Both the position numbers and the translations under genes were made by a program. Of a stretch of 64,000 nucleotides of DNA, positions 39,956 to 50,186 are shown one piece after another. The notes below the pieces were generated by a model that did not search any database, was not told the DNA's origin, and was given only the letters and a program-made list of their open reading frames with translations. Origin of the DNA: a virus (Duplodnaviria; Caudoviricetes); the IMG/VR virus record IMGVR_UViG_3300023218_000062; one strand, written 5' to 3'. The first letter of the stretch is position 1, and each line of letters begins with the position of its first letter.

Positions 39956-39997
39956 TTGACATTGATTTGAATATATGATAAAGGTCCTAGGATAGGG
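39956..39997 (+). promoter_or_regulatory. TTGACA-N17-TAAAGG element (plus-strand copy)
   Basis: TTGACA 39956-39961, TAAAGG 39979-39984, TCC TAGGAT AGG. Confidence 0.7.
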
Positions 39998-40200
39998 ATT
40001 AAAAACTTTTACATTTCATTAACCTTTATGCTACACTATGTGTCCCGGCTAACCAAGGAAACATACCCTAAGTGGTATGAAATCCCGTAGGGCATAGAGT
40101 TGTTTCAAAAAAATTCGGAAGCATATTTTTAATAATTCATTGACATAACGAATTTCGTAGATTATACTATTTATCATAAACCGTAAAATAGGAGCTAAGC

Positions 40201-40947
40201 ATGAAATTTGTCGTATATGAATCTGAGTCTGGTTGTAAGTTTCGTTGCACTGAAGCACAACAGGAGACATTGAGAAAGCTGGAAACCATTGTTAAAGGTG
40301 GTATTGGCACCGTTCATGGTTACACAATGAAATCGGGCCGTGTAAAGCCTGAAACGGCTGATATTCAGTTTCTTACTGCATTCTCTACTGAACGTCTTTA
40401 TAGGCGTCGGATTGCGGCATTGGAATCTATCAGCTATGACGATATTGCTGATAATCTTCCAGACAATCCGAAGCTGACGAAACTGACAGAAGATGAGCGC
40501 AGGGAATTGTTCAACACTCGCCGTCAAAAGGAAATTGCCAGTTATCAGAAGTCTCTTGATGGTGACCGTAGTGACGCACATCGACAAGCACATGATCGTT
40601 GCTACTGCAACATCGGTCAAGGTGTGAAGGTTCATTATCGCACCGAAAAGGATGATGATGGCATTCGCCAGCCGATTATGATTAACGGTTTGCCTGTTGT
40701 AGAATCTATCATGCTGACGATTCTCGAAATCAGGCGTAAGGTAATCGAACCGGGCGAGTACAAGACGGTCAATTCTGGCGCTCCAGTGCTTATTTCTAAT
40801 GCGATCAAGTCTACTATGAATCTTCGGTCAGTTGGTCTCAAAACCCTTTCACTGAAAGAAGATAACTTCGACAGGCTTGTACTGGACAAGACGGAGTTCC
40901 TGCCTGAACAGGTTGAAAGTATCCCGGCAGACTTGTTCATTCGGTAA
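40201..40947 (+). CDS. conserved phage hypothetical protein
   Basis: 248-aa ORF, AGGAG SD, higher GC than its flanks. Confidence 0.8.
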   Translation: MKFVVYESESGCKFRCTEAQQETLRKLETIVKGGIGTVHGYTMKSGRVKPETADIQFLTAFSTERLYRRRIAALESISYDDIADNLPDNPKLTKLTEDERRELFNTRRQKEIASYQKSLDGDRSDAHRQAHDRCYCNIGQGVKVHYRTEKDDDGIRQPIMINGLPVVESIMLTILEIRRKVIEPGEYKTVNSGAPVLISNAIKSTMNLRSVGLKTLSLKEDNFDRLVLDKTEFLPEQVESIPADLFIR

Positions 40948-41595
40948 AAGTCTGCCGGGATACTCTAAGAGTCAGTCGTTAATCGGCTGACTCATTTCTG
41001 AACACTTAGACTGACGGCACTCCAAAAACTTTGTATAGGACGTTGTAAATCTTATCAATGCATTGGTAAATAGCTTTCTTTAATTATAGAACATGAGGAT
41101 TAACAAATGAATGAGCGAAATACATACTCTTTGATGCATGGGCTGGAAAAACTATGATACTAGAACTCTTAAACGTACTCTCGGCAATTGCAGTAATCTT
41201 TGTTACAGGGATGATTGCAGGTGCTAAACTCATACTCAAAGTAAGGGAGAAATAAATAAAATTGAATCAATGTCAATACGGTATTTTGGTTGAAAGTGAT
41301 TATGGTGGAGTAGGTATGGTTGTTGGAATCACGAATAATGCAAGAGGCGTAGAGCTTTCTGTATGCAAGAAAAAATTCATACAATTCCAATAGTTCAATG
41401 GTCTTGTGGAGAAACTTCCAGTATTCATCGCGAAAAAATAAAGAAACTCTAATATTCTCTCGAAAAAAGGGATAAGATAATTCTTATCCCTACCGTAGAG
41501 CCTTTATCATGTATTTTAAATAATGTCAAGAGTTTTTTTAATTGGTTTGTTGAGTATCCTATGGTAATATGTCAAGAGTTTTAATAAAGAAATCA

Positions 41596-41766
41596 ATGAT
41601 GAAAAAGATTTTTGTACTAGTGTGTGTTCTACTTATTGCCGGATGCGTTGAAGATTCCGGTCCAGAAGCATACGATGCCGTTGTGTGTAGCTGTATAAAA
41701 CAAGGCAAAGTCATGTACGTACATAAAACGTTTAGTTTTGTTACCGTTGAATGTGTGGACCCATAA
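41596..41766 (+). CDS. small lipoprotein
   Basis: MKKIFVLVCVLLIAGC lipobox. Confidence 0.65.
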   Translation: MMKKIFVLVCVLLIAGCVEDSGPEAYDAVVCSCIKQGKVMYVHKTFSFVTVECVDP

Positions 41767-41808
41767 AAAACAGTTGACAATTGTTTTCTCATATGCGATA
41801 CTACCACT

Positions 41809-43191
41809 ATGAATGATACTATCCTAATAGGAAAAGGCGACGAATCCCAAGTACATTTGCTTGGCAAGTATGCTAATCGTCATGGTCTAGTTGCTGGCGC
41901 TACAGGTACTGGCAAGACGGTAACCCTGATGATGTTGGCCGAAGGTTTTTCCCGTATGGGAGTACCGGTATTCATGGCTGACGTTAAGGGTGATATGGCA
42001 GGTTTGGCAATGCAAGGTGAGGATAATCAAAAGATTCGTGGCCGTGCTGAAAAAATTGGTCTTGATGCTTTTGACTTTTCAAGTAATCCGGTATCCTTTT
42101 GGGATTTATGGGATAAGATTGGTAATCCTATCCGAACAAGCGTAGAAAGCATCGGTGCGACATTGATGGCAAGAATGCTTGATGTTAGTGATGCTCAAGA
42201 GGGTGTACTTGATGTTGTATATCATTATGCAAGAGAACGTGGTATGCCCTTTGAGACTCTCACAGATTTTCGTAAACTGTTGAGTCATATGGCGCAGAAT
42301 CGTGAGTCTATCAGTACCGAATATGGACTAATAAGCGCCAATAGTATCGGAGTCATCCAGCGTCGATTACTCACACTGGAAAATGATGGCATTGATAATT
42401 TCTTTGGTACTCCTGCATTAGAGTTGTCTGATTTCATGCGTGAACAAAATGGCAAGGGTGTTATCAATATTCTTTCTGCTGAAAGTCTTATACTTCGGCC
42501 TAGAATGTATTCCACCTTTTTGCTTTGGTTATTGTCAGAGTTATTCGATAAGATGCCAGAAATTGGTGATGTTGACAAGCCTAGGTTGGTATTCTTTTTT
42601 GATGAAGCTCACTTGTTGTTCGATGATTGCTCGGGTGCATTGCTTCGCAGAGTTGAACAGGTAGTAAGATTGATCCGTTCCAAGGGTGTAGGCGTATACT
42701 TTTGTTCGCAGAACCCTGACGATATACCTGAGACTGTCTTAGGACAGCTTGGCAACCGTGTTCAACATGCACTAAGGGCATTCACTCCAAGAGATCAAAA
42801 AGCCGTTAGAGCGGCTGCTGAGACGTTTGTGGATAATCCTAATATCAATGTTAGTGATATTATTACTCGTTTGGGTGTAGGTGAAGCATTAACATCGATG
42901 TTGGATGACAAGGGTATTCCGCAACCAGTCCAGCGTACAATTATTTCACCGCCACAATGCCGTATCGGTTCTATCACTGATGACGAAAGGATGACTATCG
43001 TTAATAATGATTCATTACAGGAAAAATATGCAAAGTCTGAACCTGAACCGGAGCCAATAATTGAACGTGATACAAATGATTATGTGGAACCCGAACCCGA
43101 ACCCGACCCCGAACCCGAACCTGAACCTGAAAGTTTCGGTACAAGGTTCAAGAGAGAATTTTTGAATATACTCTTGTTTCGCAGAACATAA
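41809..43191 (+). CDS. YjgR/DUF853 HerA-like ATPase
   Basis: ANRHGLVAGATGTGKTVTL, VFMADVKGD, FFFDEAHLLF, VRLIRSKGVGVYFCSQNP.D, QLGNRVQHALRAFTP; (EP)n tail. Confidence 0.92.
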   Translation: MNDTILIGKGDESQVHLLGKYANRHGLVAGATGTGKTVTLMMLAEGFSRMGVPVFMADVKGDMAGLAMQGEDNQKIRGRAEKIGLDAFDFSSNPVSFWDLWDKIGNPIRTSVESIGATLMARMLDVSDAQEGVLDVVYHYARERGMPFETLTDFRKLLSHMAQNRESISTEYGLISANSIGVIQRRLLTLENDGIDNFFGTPALELSDFMREQNGKGVINILSAESLILRPRMYSTFLLWLLSELFDKMPEIGDVDKPRLVFFFDEAHLLFDDCSGALLRRVEQVVRLIRSKGVGVYFCSQNPDDIPETVLGQLGNRVQHALRAFTPRDQKAVRAAAETFVDNPNINVSDIITRLGVGEALTSMLDDKGIPQPVQRTIISPPQCRIGSITDDERMTIVNNDSLQEKYAKSEPEPEPIIERDTNDYVEPEPEPDPEPEPEPESFGTRFKREFLNILLFRRT

Positions 43192-43564
43192 TAGCGCACA
43201 ATATCATTTATGGACAAACATACAGAACAATTATTGGATGAACTCGATTCTGCTGTATTTTCTAGTGATACGTTCCTTGATAAGGAATCATTAGAAAGGT
43301 TGCAGTATTATGTAAATCGCTGGCAGCGGGAAAGTCAAAACATTCAAACTTTCTTAGAACAATGGGATGAGGAGGAATAACACAATGATAGATACACTTG
43401 AATTCTTGGCACTGACAATTGAACAGGAAGCAATTAATGCAACACCGTCTATCGCTAATGAAGATTATGATTCTCGTATTGAGAGAATAGAAAGACGTAA
43501 GGAACAAATGATTAGAAATATTGTCTAAAAAAGTCTTGACAATCCTTGATAAATAGTTTAGACT

Positions 43565-43812
43565 GTAGTTGTGATGATAAATCACGTTTGCAAATACCGA
43601 TGACAAAAACGGTGGACAAGAGTACATCGTGGGGCAACCCTACAGTATCGGCCATGCTGATCCGGTGATGGTGACAAAGATATTGTGAGTCGGACGCCAA
43701 GCGACCGGCCCAAAAAAATTCTCGTTAATAGACTACAAGACTGGTCCTCGCATGACCGTCCCGATGAGTAAGAGCAAAGGTCGTTAATTGATTTGCCACC
43801 AGTCTTGTTTTT
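43565..43812 (+). ncRNA. candidate ncRNA A
   Basis: Promoter TTGACA-17-TAGACT plus GATAAATA; ACGGTG/CATCGT stem plus GGG-GCAA-CCC hairpin; ends in ACAAGACTGGT/ACCAGTCTTGT-T run. Confidence 0.55.
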
Positions 43813-44076
43813 TAAACATATAAAGAAGAAAAAATGGGCGGTATATCAGCACCTATAAAAAGCTGGGGATGGACAGCCCCTTAAATGATATATTAACCCT
43901 TTTTTCTTTTCACCTATAGGAGAAAAGGTCCGGTTATTCGGGACTTTTATTTTTCCTACTCTAGAGCCTTTACCATAGATTGAACCTATTGTCAAGAAAA
44001 TTAATTATAAAATTTTTCTTGATTTCTAAATAGAAGTTCGGTAGAATGCACTAAATCGAATAAGAATGGAAATCAA

Positions 44077-44244
44077 ATGAACACGTACAAGAAGATTTCT
44101 CTTTATGGTCCGGGTGGTCGTAACTGTACTTGCTGTGGTCCTGCCCCTAAGCATCGGAAGAAGCATGATCGTATGATTAAGCGTCGTGAGCAGCAGAACG
44201 CTAAGAAGAAGATTGAACGAGAAGTGATGGATGTAAATCTCTAA
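44077..44244 (+). CDS. 55-aa basic Cys-containing protein (missed by ORF track)
   Basis: MNTYKKISLYGPGGRNCTCCGPAPKHRKKHDR... Confidence 0.65.
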   Translation: MNTYKKISLYGPGGRNCTCCGPAPKHRKKHDRMIKRREQQNAKKKIEREVMDVNL

Positions 44245-44295
44245 AAACCGCTTGACATATATGTTTTTTCAGATATAATACTAAGTATAAATAAA

Positions 44296-44522
44296 GTAGT
44301 TCCTGAGCGTCAGAGGGAAAACGGTGTATGAGATCATCGTGGGGAAAACCCTATAGGCCAAATTTGGAAGACTTAAAATAAAACTCATGAAGAACAAATT
44401 AGACGCAGAATTAGAAACTCTGCAACGATACAGGGTCCGGAGGTAATGCCGGTTAGAATGATAGGATAGCGCCTATCACGTTGCCCCGCTAGGTAATTGT
44501 CAATCCCTAGCCTAGTTTGTTC
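44296..44522 (+). ncRNA. candidate ncRNA B (paralogous 5' domain to ncRNA A)
   Basis: TATAAATA at 44286-44293; ACGGTG/CATCGT plus GGG-GAAA-CCC; multibranch 3' domain closed by GAACAAATTAG/CTAGTTTGTTC. Confidence 0.6.
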
Positions 44523-44535
44523 AATTTTAATCTCT

Positions 44536-44612
44536 GGGTCTGTGGCGCAATTGGTTAGCGCAGTGGACTTTTAATCCATTGGTTGTGAGTTCGAGTCTCA
44601 CCAGACCCACCA
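44536..44612 (+). tRNA. tRNA-Lys(UUU)
   Basis: GGGTCTG/CAGACCC, GTGGA-CTTTTAA-TCCAT, CCA. Confidence 0.95.
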
Positions 44613-44752
44613 ATTTTAATACATAGAAAGTTCATTGGAGGAAAAAATGGACAACCGAGAAGGGGGTGATGAACTTCATGTATATAATGTAAAAGCGGTG
44701 GATGCAATTAAACCGAATTAACGCTTGACAAATGGAATGAGATATGTATAAT

Positions 44753-45422
44753 AGGTTGCAAGTGGTCGTTTCAGAGTGAAGGTTCGACACCCTAACCGAA
44801 TAGTTAATCGGCACCTGTTTAACGATTACTTCATGTTTCCAGCCCGATCTAAATATCGGATATGAAACATAAAGAGGCCCAAAGCTGAAAAGGCAACACA
44901 CCTAGAGTGTGCGGTAGAGCCTAAGCTACCTCCGAGGCGGGAATTTTTTAATATTTGGTTGGTTCATCAAGAACACCTTATAATTCGTTACACCGACCAA
45001 AGTTTTTGACTGTAAGTAGTGATGAAATCTTATAGTCTTATCTTCAACAAGCCGTAATTCAATCGGGCTTTGTACTTGAGATTGAACGAGATATTGCTGG
45101 CTGTAGGGTAATATCATCACGTATCTACAGGGCGAGGCTGCCGTCTTAGCAGTCAACATATAGTCTCAGTCTCGCAGAGACTTTATAAAACACAGTGAGC
45201 GCGAGATTAACTGGAAAACGATAACTGGCAGGTTGGGAGAGCGACCCAATGCCCTTGGCGACAAGGCAGCGTAGTGTGACCGGTTTTTGTAGATAACGTG
45301 CAAACCTTGTTCTAGACGAGTTAGGCTAGGAGACGAGAAACTCCGAAAAATCAAATTCAGGGCACATAGCAAGGGCGCTTGTAGCAGTCTGTGAAGCGCG
45401 GCCCGCGTGGAGACTGCTATTT
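44753..45422 (+). ncRNA. large ornate ncRNA, GOLLD-like candidate
   Basis: Promoter at 44725-44752; ~670 nt without a plus-strand ORF, GC-richer, many helices, T-loop-like GGTTCGACACC, TGTAGGGT...CAGGGCGAGG segment, adjacent to a tRNA. Confidence 0.6.
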
Positions 45423-45462
45423 CAATTTCAATGATACTGTATTTTAAGAGGGTGGTGGAATA

Positions 45463-46056
45463 TGAAATCAATTGAAGAATGGAGCGCAACACGTTGGATT
45501 TTTACCGCAATGGCATCTATCATCTGCCGGATTGATCGGTGAAAAGGTGGTGGAGAGAGAAGTATTTGAAAATAGTTTTCAATATAATGAAGCACGAAAG
45601 ACCGCCATCGCTACATATGAAGCACAGTTGACTGAAATTAATTCCCAACTTCGAAACAACAATCTTTCAGAACGTGAAAGAAGCAATCTACGCTACTCAT
45701 AGTGTATGGCGCAGTAATCATGGAATGGTTGAAGGTGATTGTCCGTCTATTGGATATGGCATTCTGTATGATACTTCTTTGACCAATCCACAGCGAGCTA
45801 CGGCTCAAGCGGCTGACAAACGATACCTTCTGAATCTCTAGCCACAATTGAACAAGCTGAACCTAATGGTATCTTCGCCAGTAAGAATACGGCAGCTACG
45901 TGGGTATTCTGTGTGGGTAGCGCGGGATCGTTAAATCCAGTATACGTTGAAACCAAGGTTACTGCATATCCGTATTATCCAGTTAATGTTGATTATGAGA
46001 CCAACAGGGTTACTCAAGCTGGTGAATCGAATGTTAATGTGACGGTTAACCGCTAG
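45463..46056 (+). pseudogene. fused and frameshifted fragments of two phage genes (membrane protein plus lipoprotein-family C-terminus)
   Basis: VEREVFENSFQY fragment, then C.SIGYG...TNPQ...QAEPNGIF...ATWVFC...PVYVE fragment across frames. Confidence 0.45.
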
Positions 46057-46087
46057 ATCAATTGAACGGTAGTCAATATAATAATGA

Positions 46088-46116
46088 AACAGGGGGCTAG
46101 CCCCCTGTTTCTTTTT
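46088..46116 (+). terminator. intrinsic terminator
   Basis: AAACAGGGGG-CTAG-CCCCCTGTTT followed by T run. Confidence 0.8.
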
Positions 46117-46170
46117 CGACATAATGTAAGTTTTTCTTGACATTTACGAAAATGATGGTATATTGAAACC

Positions 46171-46974
46171 ATGATGACACTAATCAAAAACCGAGAAATG
46201 TACGATACTTTCGTTAAATTCCTTCCAGAGTTGGAGCGTGACGAAGTATATTTTCTTTCATTGTCAGCACGTAATAAGTATCTGACCGAAGATGAACGTG
46301 AAGCCTATTCTCTCAGCAGAACTGAAATGTTTTCCCGCCATATTGCACATGATAAGGAAGGCATCGAATACGCTATCAAGAAGATGGAAGCCGAACTAGA
46401 AGTAAAGACTACTCGTAGTGGTCATCGTATTCCAGAGAAAGCATTGGTAGTATACTTTAATATTCATCCTTCTTCAATGACCAGAGCGTATACTTCATTC
46501 AAAGATCAAATGAACGCACATTACGATGAAATCGTTAAATCATTGATGAAGGGCTCGAATCCACATTACCATCCATTCTTAGGAATGCGTACTAAGTTGA
46601 TGAATCATATACAAAAATCCTCTTCAAGAAAGGAATGGGTGGATATAGATATTGATATTGATGCACTTGATGAAGAAACCGCATTGCGATATTCTGCATC
46701 GATAGCTAATCCTTTATTCATGCATTCTATCAATAATGTAAGAATCAAGACTCAGGGTGGTGTTCATCTTTTAGTGAAACGGAGCGATCTTAACACGAAA
46801 CCGATGAATATTCCATTGCATAAACTGATAGGAAACATTCATAAAGAACTCAAAGGGCTTGGCGGGGAATGTAAATTTAACAACAACGCCATGGTACCAT
46901 TACCGGGAACTAATCAAGCTGGTAAATTGGTAGTTATTCATGATACAACTCTTGACAATTTAGTTTTAATTTGA
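46171..46974 (+). CDS. hypothetical protein with AEP (primase-polymerase)-like motifs
   Basis: WVDIDID (DxD), KTQGGVHL (GxH), MVPLPGT. Confidence 0.5.
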   Translation: MMTLIKNREMYDTFVKFLPELERDEVYFLSLSARNKYLTEDEREAYSLSRTEMFSRHIAHDKEGIEYAIKKMEAELEVKTTRSGHRIPEKALVVYFNIHPSSMTRAYTSFKDQMNAHYDEIVKSLMKGSNPHYHPFLGMRTKLMNHIQKSSSRKEWVDIDIDIDALDEETALRYSASIANPLFMHSINNVRIKTQGGVHLLVKRSDLNTKPMNIPLHKLIGNIHKELKGLGGECKFNNNAMVPLPGTNQAGKLVVIHDTTLDNLVLI

Positions 46975-47011
46975 TATGATTTGGTTTTACAATATACAAA
47001 CAGGAAAGTAA

Positions 47012-47493
47012 ATGAGTGCTGGAACACACTATTCACTAGCATTTGATTTAAATAAAATGCAAGCGCTATGTAAAGAAGCAGCGTATAAATTAAATACATA
47101 TCAAAAAGAAAATAAGTGTGATATTGTTTTCATTTATTCTGGAATGTCCGGGATAGCTACAGCAACAGCATTAGCTCATTATTTATATTGCGATTATGAT
47201 ATTGTTGCGCATATGATCTATGTACGTAAAGAAAATGATAACAATCATAACGACTCAATAGTTGAATGGAGCGAGAATAGCCAAAGATATAATAAAGCTG
47301 CTATTTTTTTATTGATGACCTTATTGAAAGTGGAAATACATTTAATCGTACACGAAATTATGCAAGCAGGGCACAATTTATAAAAGCGAAAAAACTTACT
47401 AATAAACATATTGGAACAATTCTTATTGAATTTGATTTAATGTTTAAAATTCCTCAAAAACATGTAATACTTGATAATTATAACCGAGGATAG
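47012..47493 (+). CDS. type I phosphoribosyltransferase-like protein, frameshift in T-run at ~47305
   Basis: SGMSGIATATALA, IYVRKE, and after the frame change the PRPP loop FFIDDLIESGNT. Confidence 0.7.
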
Positions 47494-47497
47494 ATAG

Positions 47498-47707
47498 ATG
47501 TTTGACGAAAGAACTTTTTATGGTAATATTGTTACAGTGCATGTTAGAATTAACAATATCGTGAATGTTAAACATAACATATATGATTATGAGCACGAAA
47601 TCTCGTTAAATGATGCTATCAAAGAGGGTAAAATTTGCAGTGAGGATAATACAAAACAATATTATTTTTCCTCACCTATAATAGAATGGCTGAAAACTTT
47701 TAAATAA
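47498..47707 (+). CDS. hypothetical protein
   Basis: GAGG SD. Confidence 0.55.
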   Translation: MFDERTFYGNIVTVHVRINNIVNVKHNIYDYEHEISLNDAIKEGKICSEDNTKQYYFSSPIIEWLKTFK

Positions 47708-47718
47708 CGGAAAAGCTT

Positions 47719-47916
47719 ATGAAAGAATATGGATATACACTGTATACAAATACAGGTGAAAAAATTAGAGGAACAGTGTCATGCAAAAACGAACAAATTG
47801 CAAATGGTACTGTAAAGAGTATCAAGAATGCTCGCCAAGATGTTGAATTTGCTACCATTGATAGTCTTGATGTACCTTGTGATTATGATTGGGATGAAGA
47901 TTGTAAGGCATGGTAG
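47719..47916 (+). CDS. hypothetical protein
   Basis: 65-aa ORF. Confidence 0.55.
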   Translation: MKEYGYTLYTNTGEKIRGTVSCKNEQIANGTVKSIKNARQDVEFATIDSLDVPCDYDWDEDCKAW

Positions 47917-47997
47917 TCAAGAATATTTTAATAACTACTTGACAAAACTCAAATTTAAAGGTATAGTTAAAAAATCACATAATACAACATAGGAGTG

Positions 47998-48708
47998 ATG
48001 AAAATGCAAACACAAACACTAGAAACACTAAAAAATCATGGTTTAACTATCAACGAAAATGAACTGGATTCCGAGGATTTGGTTTCTCAGTTGGGTAGTA
48101 TGGATGTAGGTGATCTGTGGACTATTGTAGAAGAACTTAGCGGTGATGAAGCCATCAGAATTGATGATAATGAACAAGTGCAAAGTTTGGCACTAAGTTA
48201 TGCTCTAGTTGATGCCTTTGAAAATGATCTTGATCAAATCAGTCAGGCTGAAATTGATGCTGCGATACAGAAGGCTACAGAATCTACTAATAAGCTAACA
48301 GATAATATGCCCGAAAAAGAAGATGAAGCTGAAACTGAACCCAACGAAACCCAAGTTGGGGTCAAGACTAATCGAAAGACTCTTGTCAAAAGTTTGGTAG
48401 AAGAAAACCCTGATGCATTAGCGGATGAAATTGTGGACATGGCAGCGGAAGCTGATCCTGATATGAATACAACAACCGCCAAACAGTATTACTATAACGC
48501 CCGAAAGGAACTAGGATTGAAAGCTGTTGGAAAATGTGGTCGTAAGCCGTCCGATACTATGGACCGCATTAAGGCCATACTGGATGGCAACCTTGATGTT
48601 CCCAAATCTGAAATGGTTGAAAAAATTGTATCAGAAATTGGCGTCAAGGAAGGTACAGCATCTACGTATTATTCCAAGGCTAAAAAGCAGTTGAAACAAA
48701 ACGCATAA
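47998..48708 (+). CDS. putative DNA-binding protein with two C-terminal HTH-like repeats (paralog of 55119-55853)
   Basis: TAKQYYYNARKELGL..VG..GRKPS and GTASTYYSKAKKQL repeats. Confidence 0.7.
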   Translation: MKMQTQTLETLKNHGLTINENELDSEDLVSQLGSMDVGDLWTIVEELSGDEAIRIDDNEQVQSLALSYALVDAFENDLDQISQAEIDAAIQKATESTNKLTDNMPEKEDEAETEPNETQVGVKTNRKTLVKSLVEENPDALADEIVDMAAEADPDMNTTTAKQYYYNARKELGLKAVGKCGRKPSDTMDRIKAILDGNLDVPKSEMVEKIVSEIGVKEGTASTYYSKAKKQLKQNA

Positions 48709-48726
48709 AACCAAAAGGATAATTAA

Positions 48727-48921
48727 ATGAGAAAGAATTTTCCGGAACGTAAAAAAGCTCGTCGCCGTCAGGCTCTTGAACAAGTAAATGCACGCATCAA
48801 GCGTGGCGGAAAGGCTGCTAACCCTGATGAACGTGAAAGTAAGGGCATCACGGGGAACAAGGAAGCGCAACGTCTTGAACAGGCTAAGTATGAAAAAGCT
48901 CTACTAGAAAAAAGAGTTTAA
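48727..48921 (+). CDS. small basic protein
   Basis: AAGGA SD; Arg/Lys-rich. Confidence 0.65.
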   Translation: MRKNFPERKKARRRQALEQVNARIKRGGKAANPDERESKGITGNKEAQRLEQAKYEKALLEKRV

Positions 48922-49741
48922 TGGAATCATACTTAATAGCATTATGGAAGGAACTTGACCCATTGCGCAATATTTGACTTTCAAGCTCTGGTTGGGTATA
49001 ATTATCCTAATGGGAGCAATTTCTGCCTACCGTTGAAGATAGCGTTCTTGTAGGTAGTGCATGGAATATTATATGTATTGCGGGGAATATGTCTTATGAA
49101 GAACAGAATAACACATTGAAATTAATTAAGGGGTTTTCGATCAAGGATGGTGCGGATTATATCCTCCAACATATCATTCCAATGATCGAAAAGAAAATGA
49201 AAAGATAATGACAACATGATATAGATTATCATGTTGATAAGCCTAAAACTGATTATATACATGTTTTTGATGAGTATCGTGGTACGGGTCTTGCTGAACA
49301 ATTGCATTATCGTGCTGCAAAATGGATGCAATGTTTTATTGATGATGATTTGGTAAGAACTAAAAAACTCAACGGGCACACTTTTAATTATCTTGATGTG
49401 TCCAAGAACTTACGGCTTGACAGCGTAGCTTAATGACATTAAACTGCTGGAACTCTTTTAAGGAATCTCTCATGAACGAAATGCGAAAGATTGAAGTGTC
49501 CAAGGGAAAATACATTCTTTACAATGATACTTTTTTTGTTAAATCATGCGGCAAACATATTGTATGGACTTCTGCAAGACAGAATGCATATATGTTCGAT
49601 TCAAACATTCAAGTAGAAGATTGCCTTGAAAAAATAAACAAATTTCTTCGTAATAGCACTTGACAGACATGAATTTTTCTGTATAATGGTTCACATGGTC
49701 ATCGGGACCAGACATTAACCCTTCAATCAGGAGAACATAAA

Positions 49742-49918
49742 GTGAGTAATCGTACTCGGGAATACACTCTGGAAGTCTATCGCAACAAGCGCTATCGTAC
49801 CGTTCATGCTTCTCGCAAGATTTCACAATGTCTCAAGCGAGTGTGGAGCATGTATGACCGTTGCCGTATTCGCCTGAATGGTGAACAGGTGGTTCATCAG
49901 TTTCCTGCCTGTCAGTAA
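49742..49918 (+). CDS. 58-aa hypothetical protein (GTG start; missed by ORF track)
   Basis: AGGAG SD, TTGACA-TATAAT promoter at ~49661-49688. Confidence 0.6.
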   Translation: MSNRTREYTLEVYRNKRYRTVHASRKISQCLKRVWSMYDRCRIRLNGEQVVHQFPACQ

Positions 49919-49985
49919 ACATCAACTCAAAATTGTGGGGAAGGAACTTCCTTCCCCACACTAATCAATTAAAGGTTGTAAGTAT

Positions 49986-50186
49986 ATGAATCTCCACGAA
50001 AAAATCACACATATAAATAAATTGGCAGAAGATTTTGGGCTGACAGTCAAATTCGATTCGGAATTCAAGAAACTGTTCATCTATAATCCTACTCCGGGTC
50101 GCCAGCGTATCAAGGCTATCACAGATTTGTCGTTGGAATCTGTTAAAGAATCTCTCTTTTGGGTTGCATCATCATCCAAGGCATGA
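49986..50186 (+). CDS. hypothetical protein
   Basis: 66-aa ORF after a terminator-like hairpin. Confidence 0.55.
   Translation: MNLHEKITHINKLAEDFGLTVKFDSEFKKLFIYNPTPGRQRIKAITDLSLESVKESLFWVASSSKA

Noticed and set aside
37417-43750. 15-nt match ACAAGACTGGTCCTC between ncRNA A and the 37.4 kb gene junction as an sRNA target
   Set aside because: A few 15-mer matches are expected by chance within 64 kb; no other support.
43748-43800. Hammerhead ribozyme (CCGATGAG...AAA)
   Set aside because: Core lacks the invariant CUGAUGA and GAAA with correct flanking stems.
44926-45492. Minus-strand ORFs 44926-45159 and 45166-45492 as proteins
   Set aside because: No SD, atypical composition, and antisense to a promoter-driven structured RNA.
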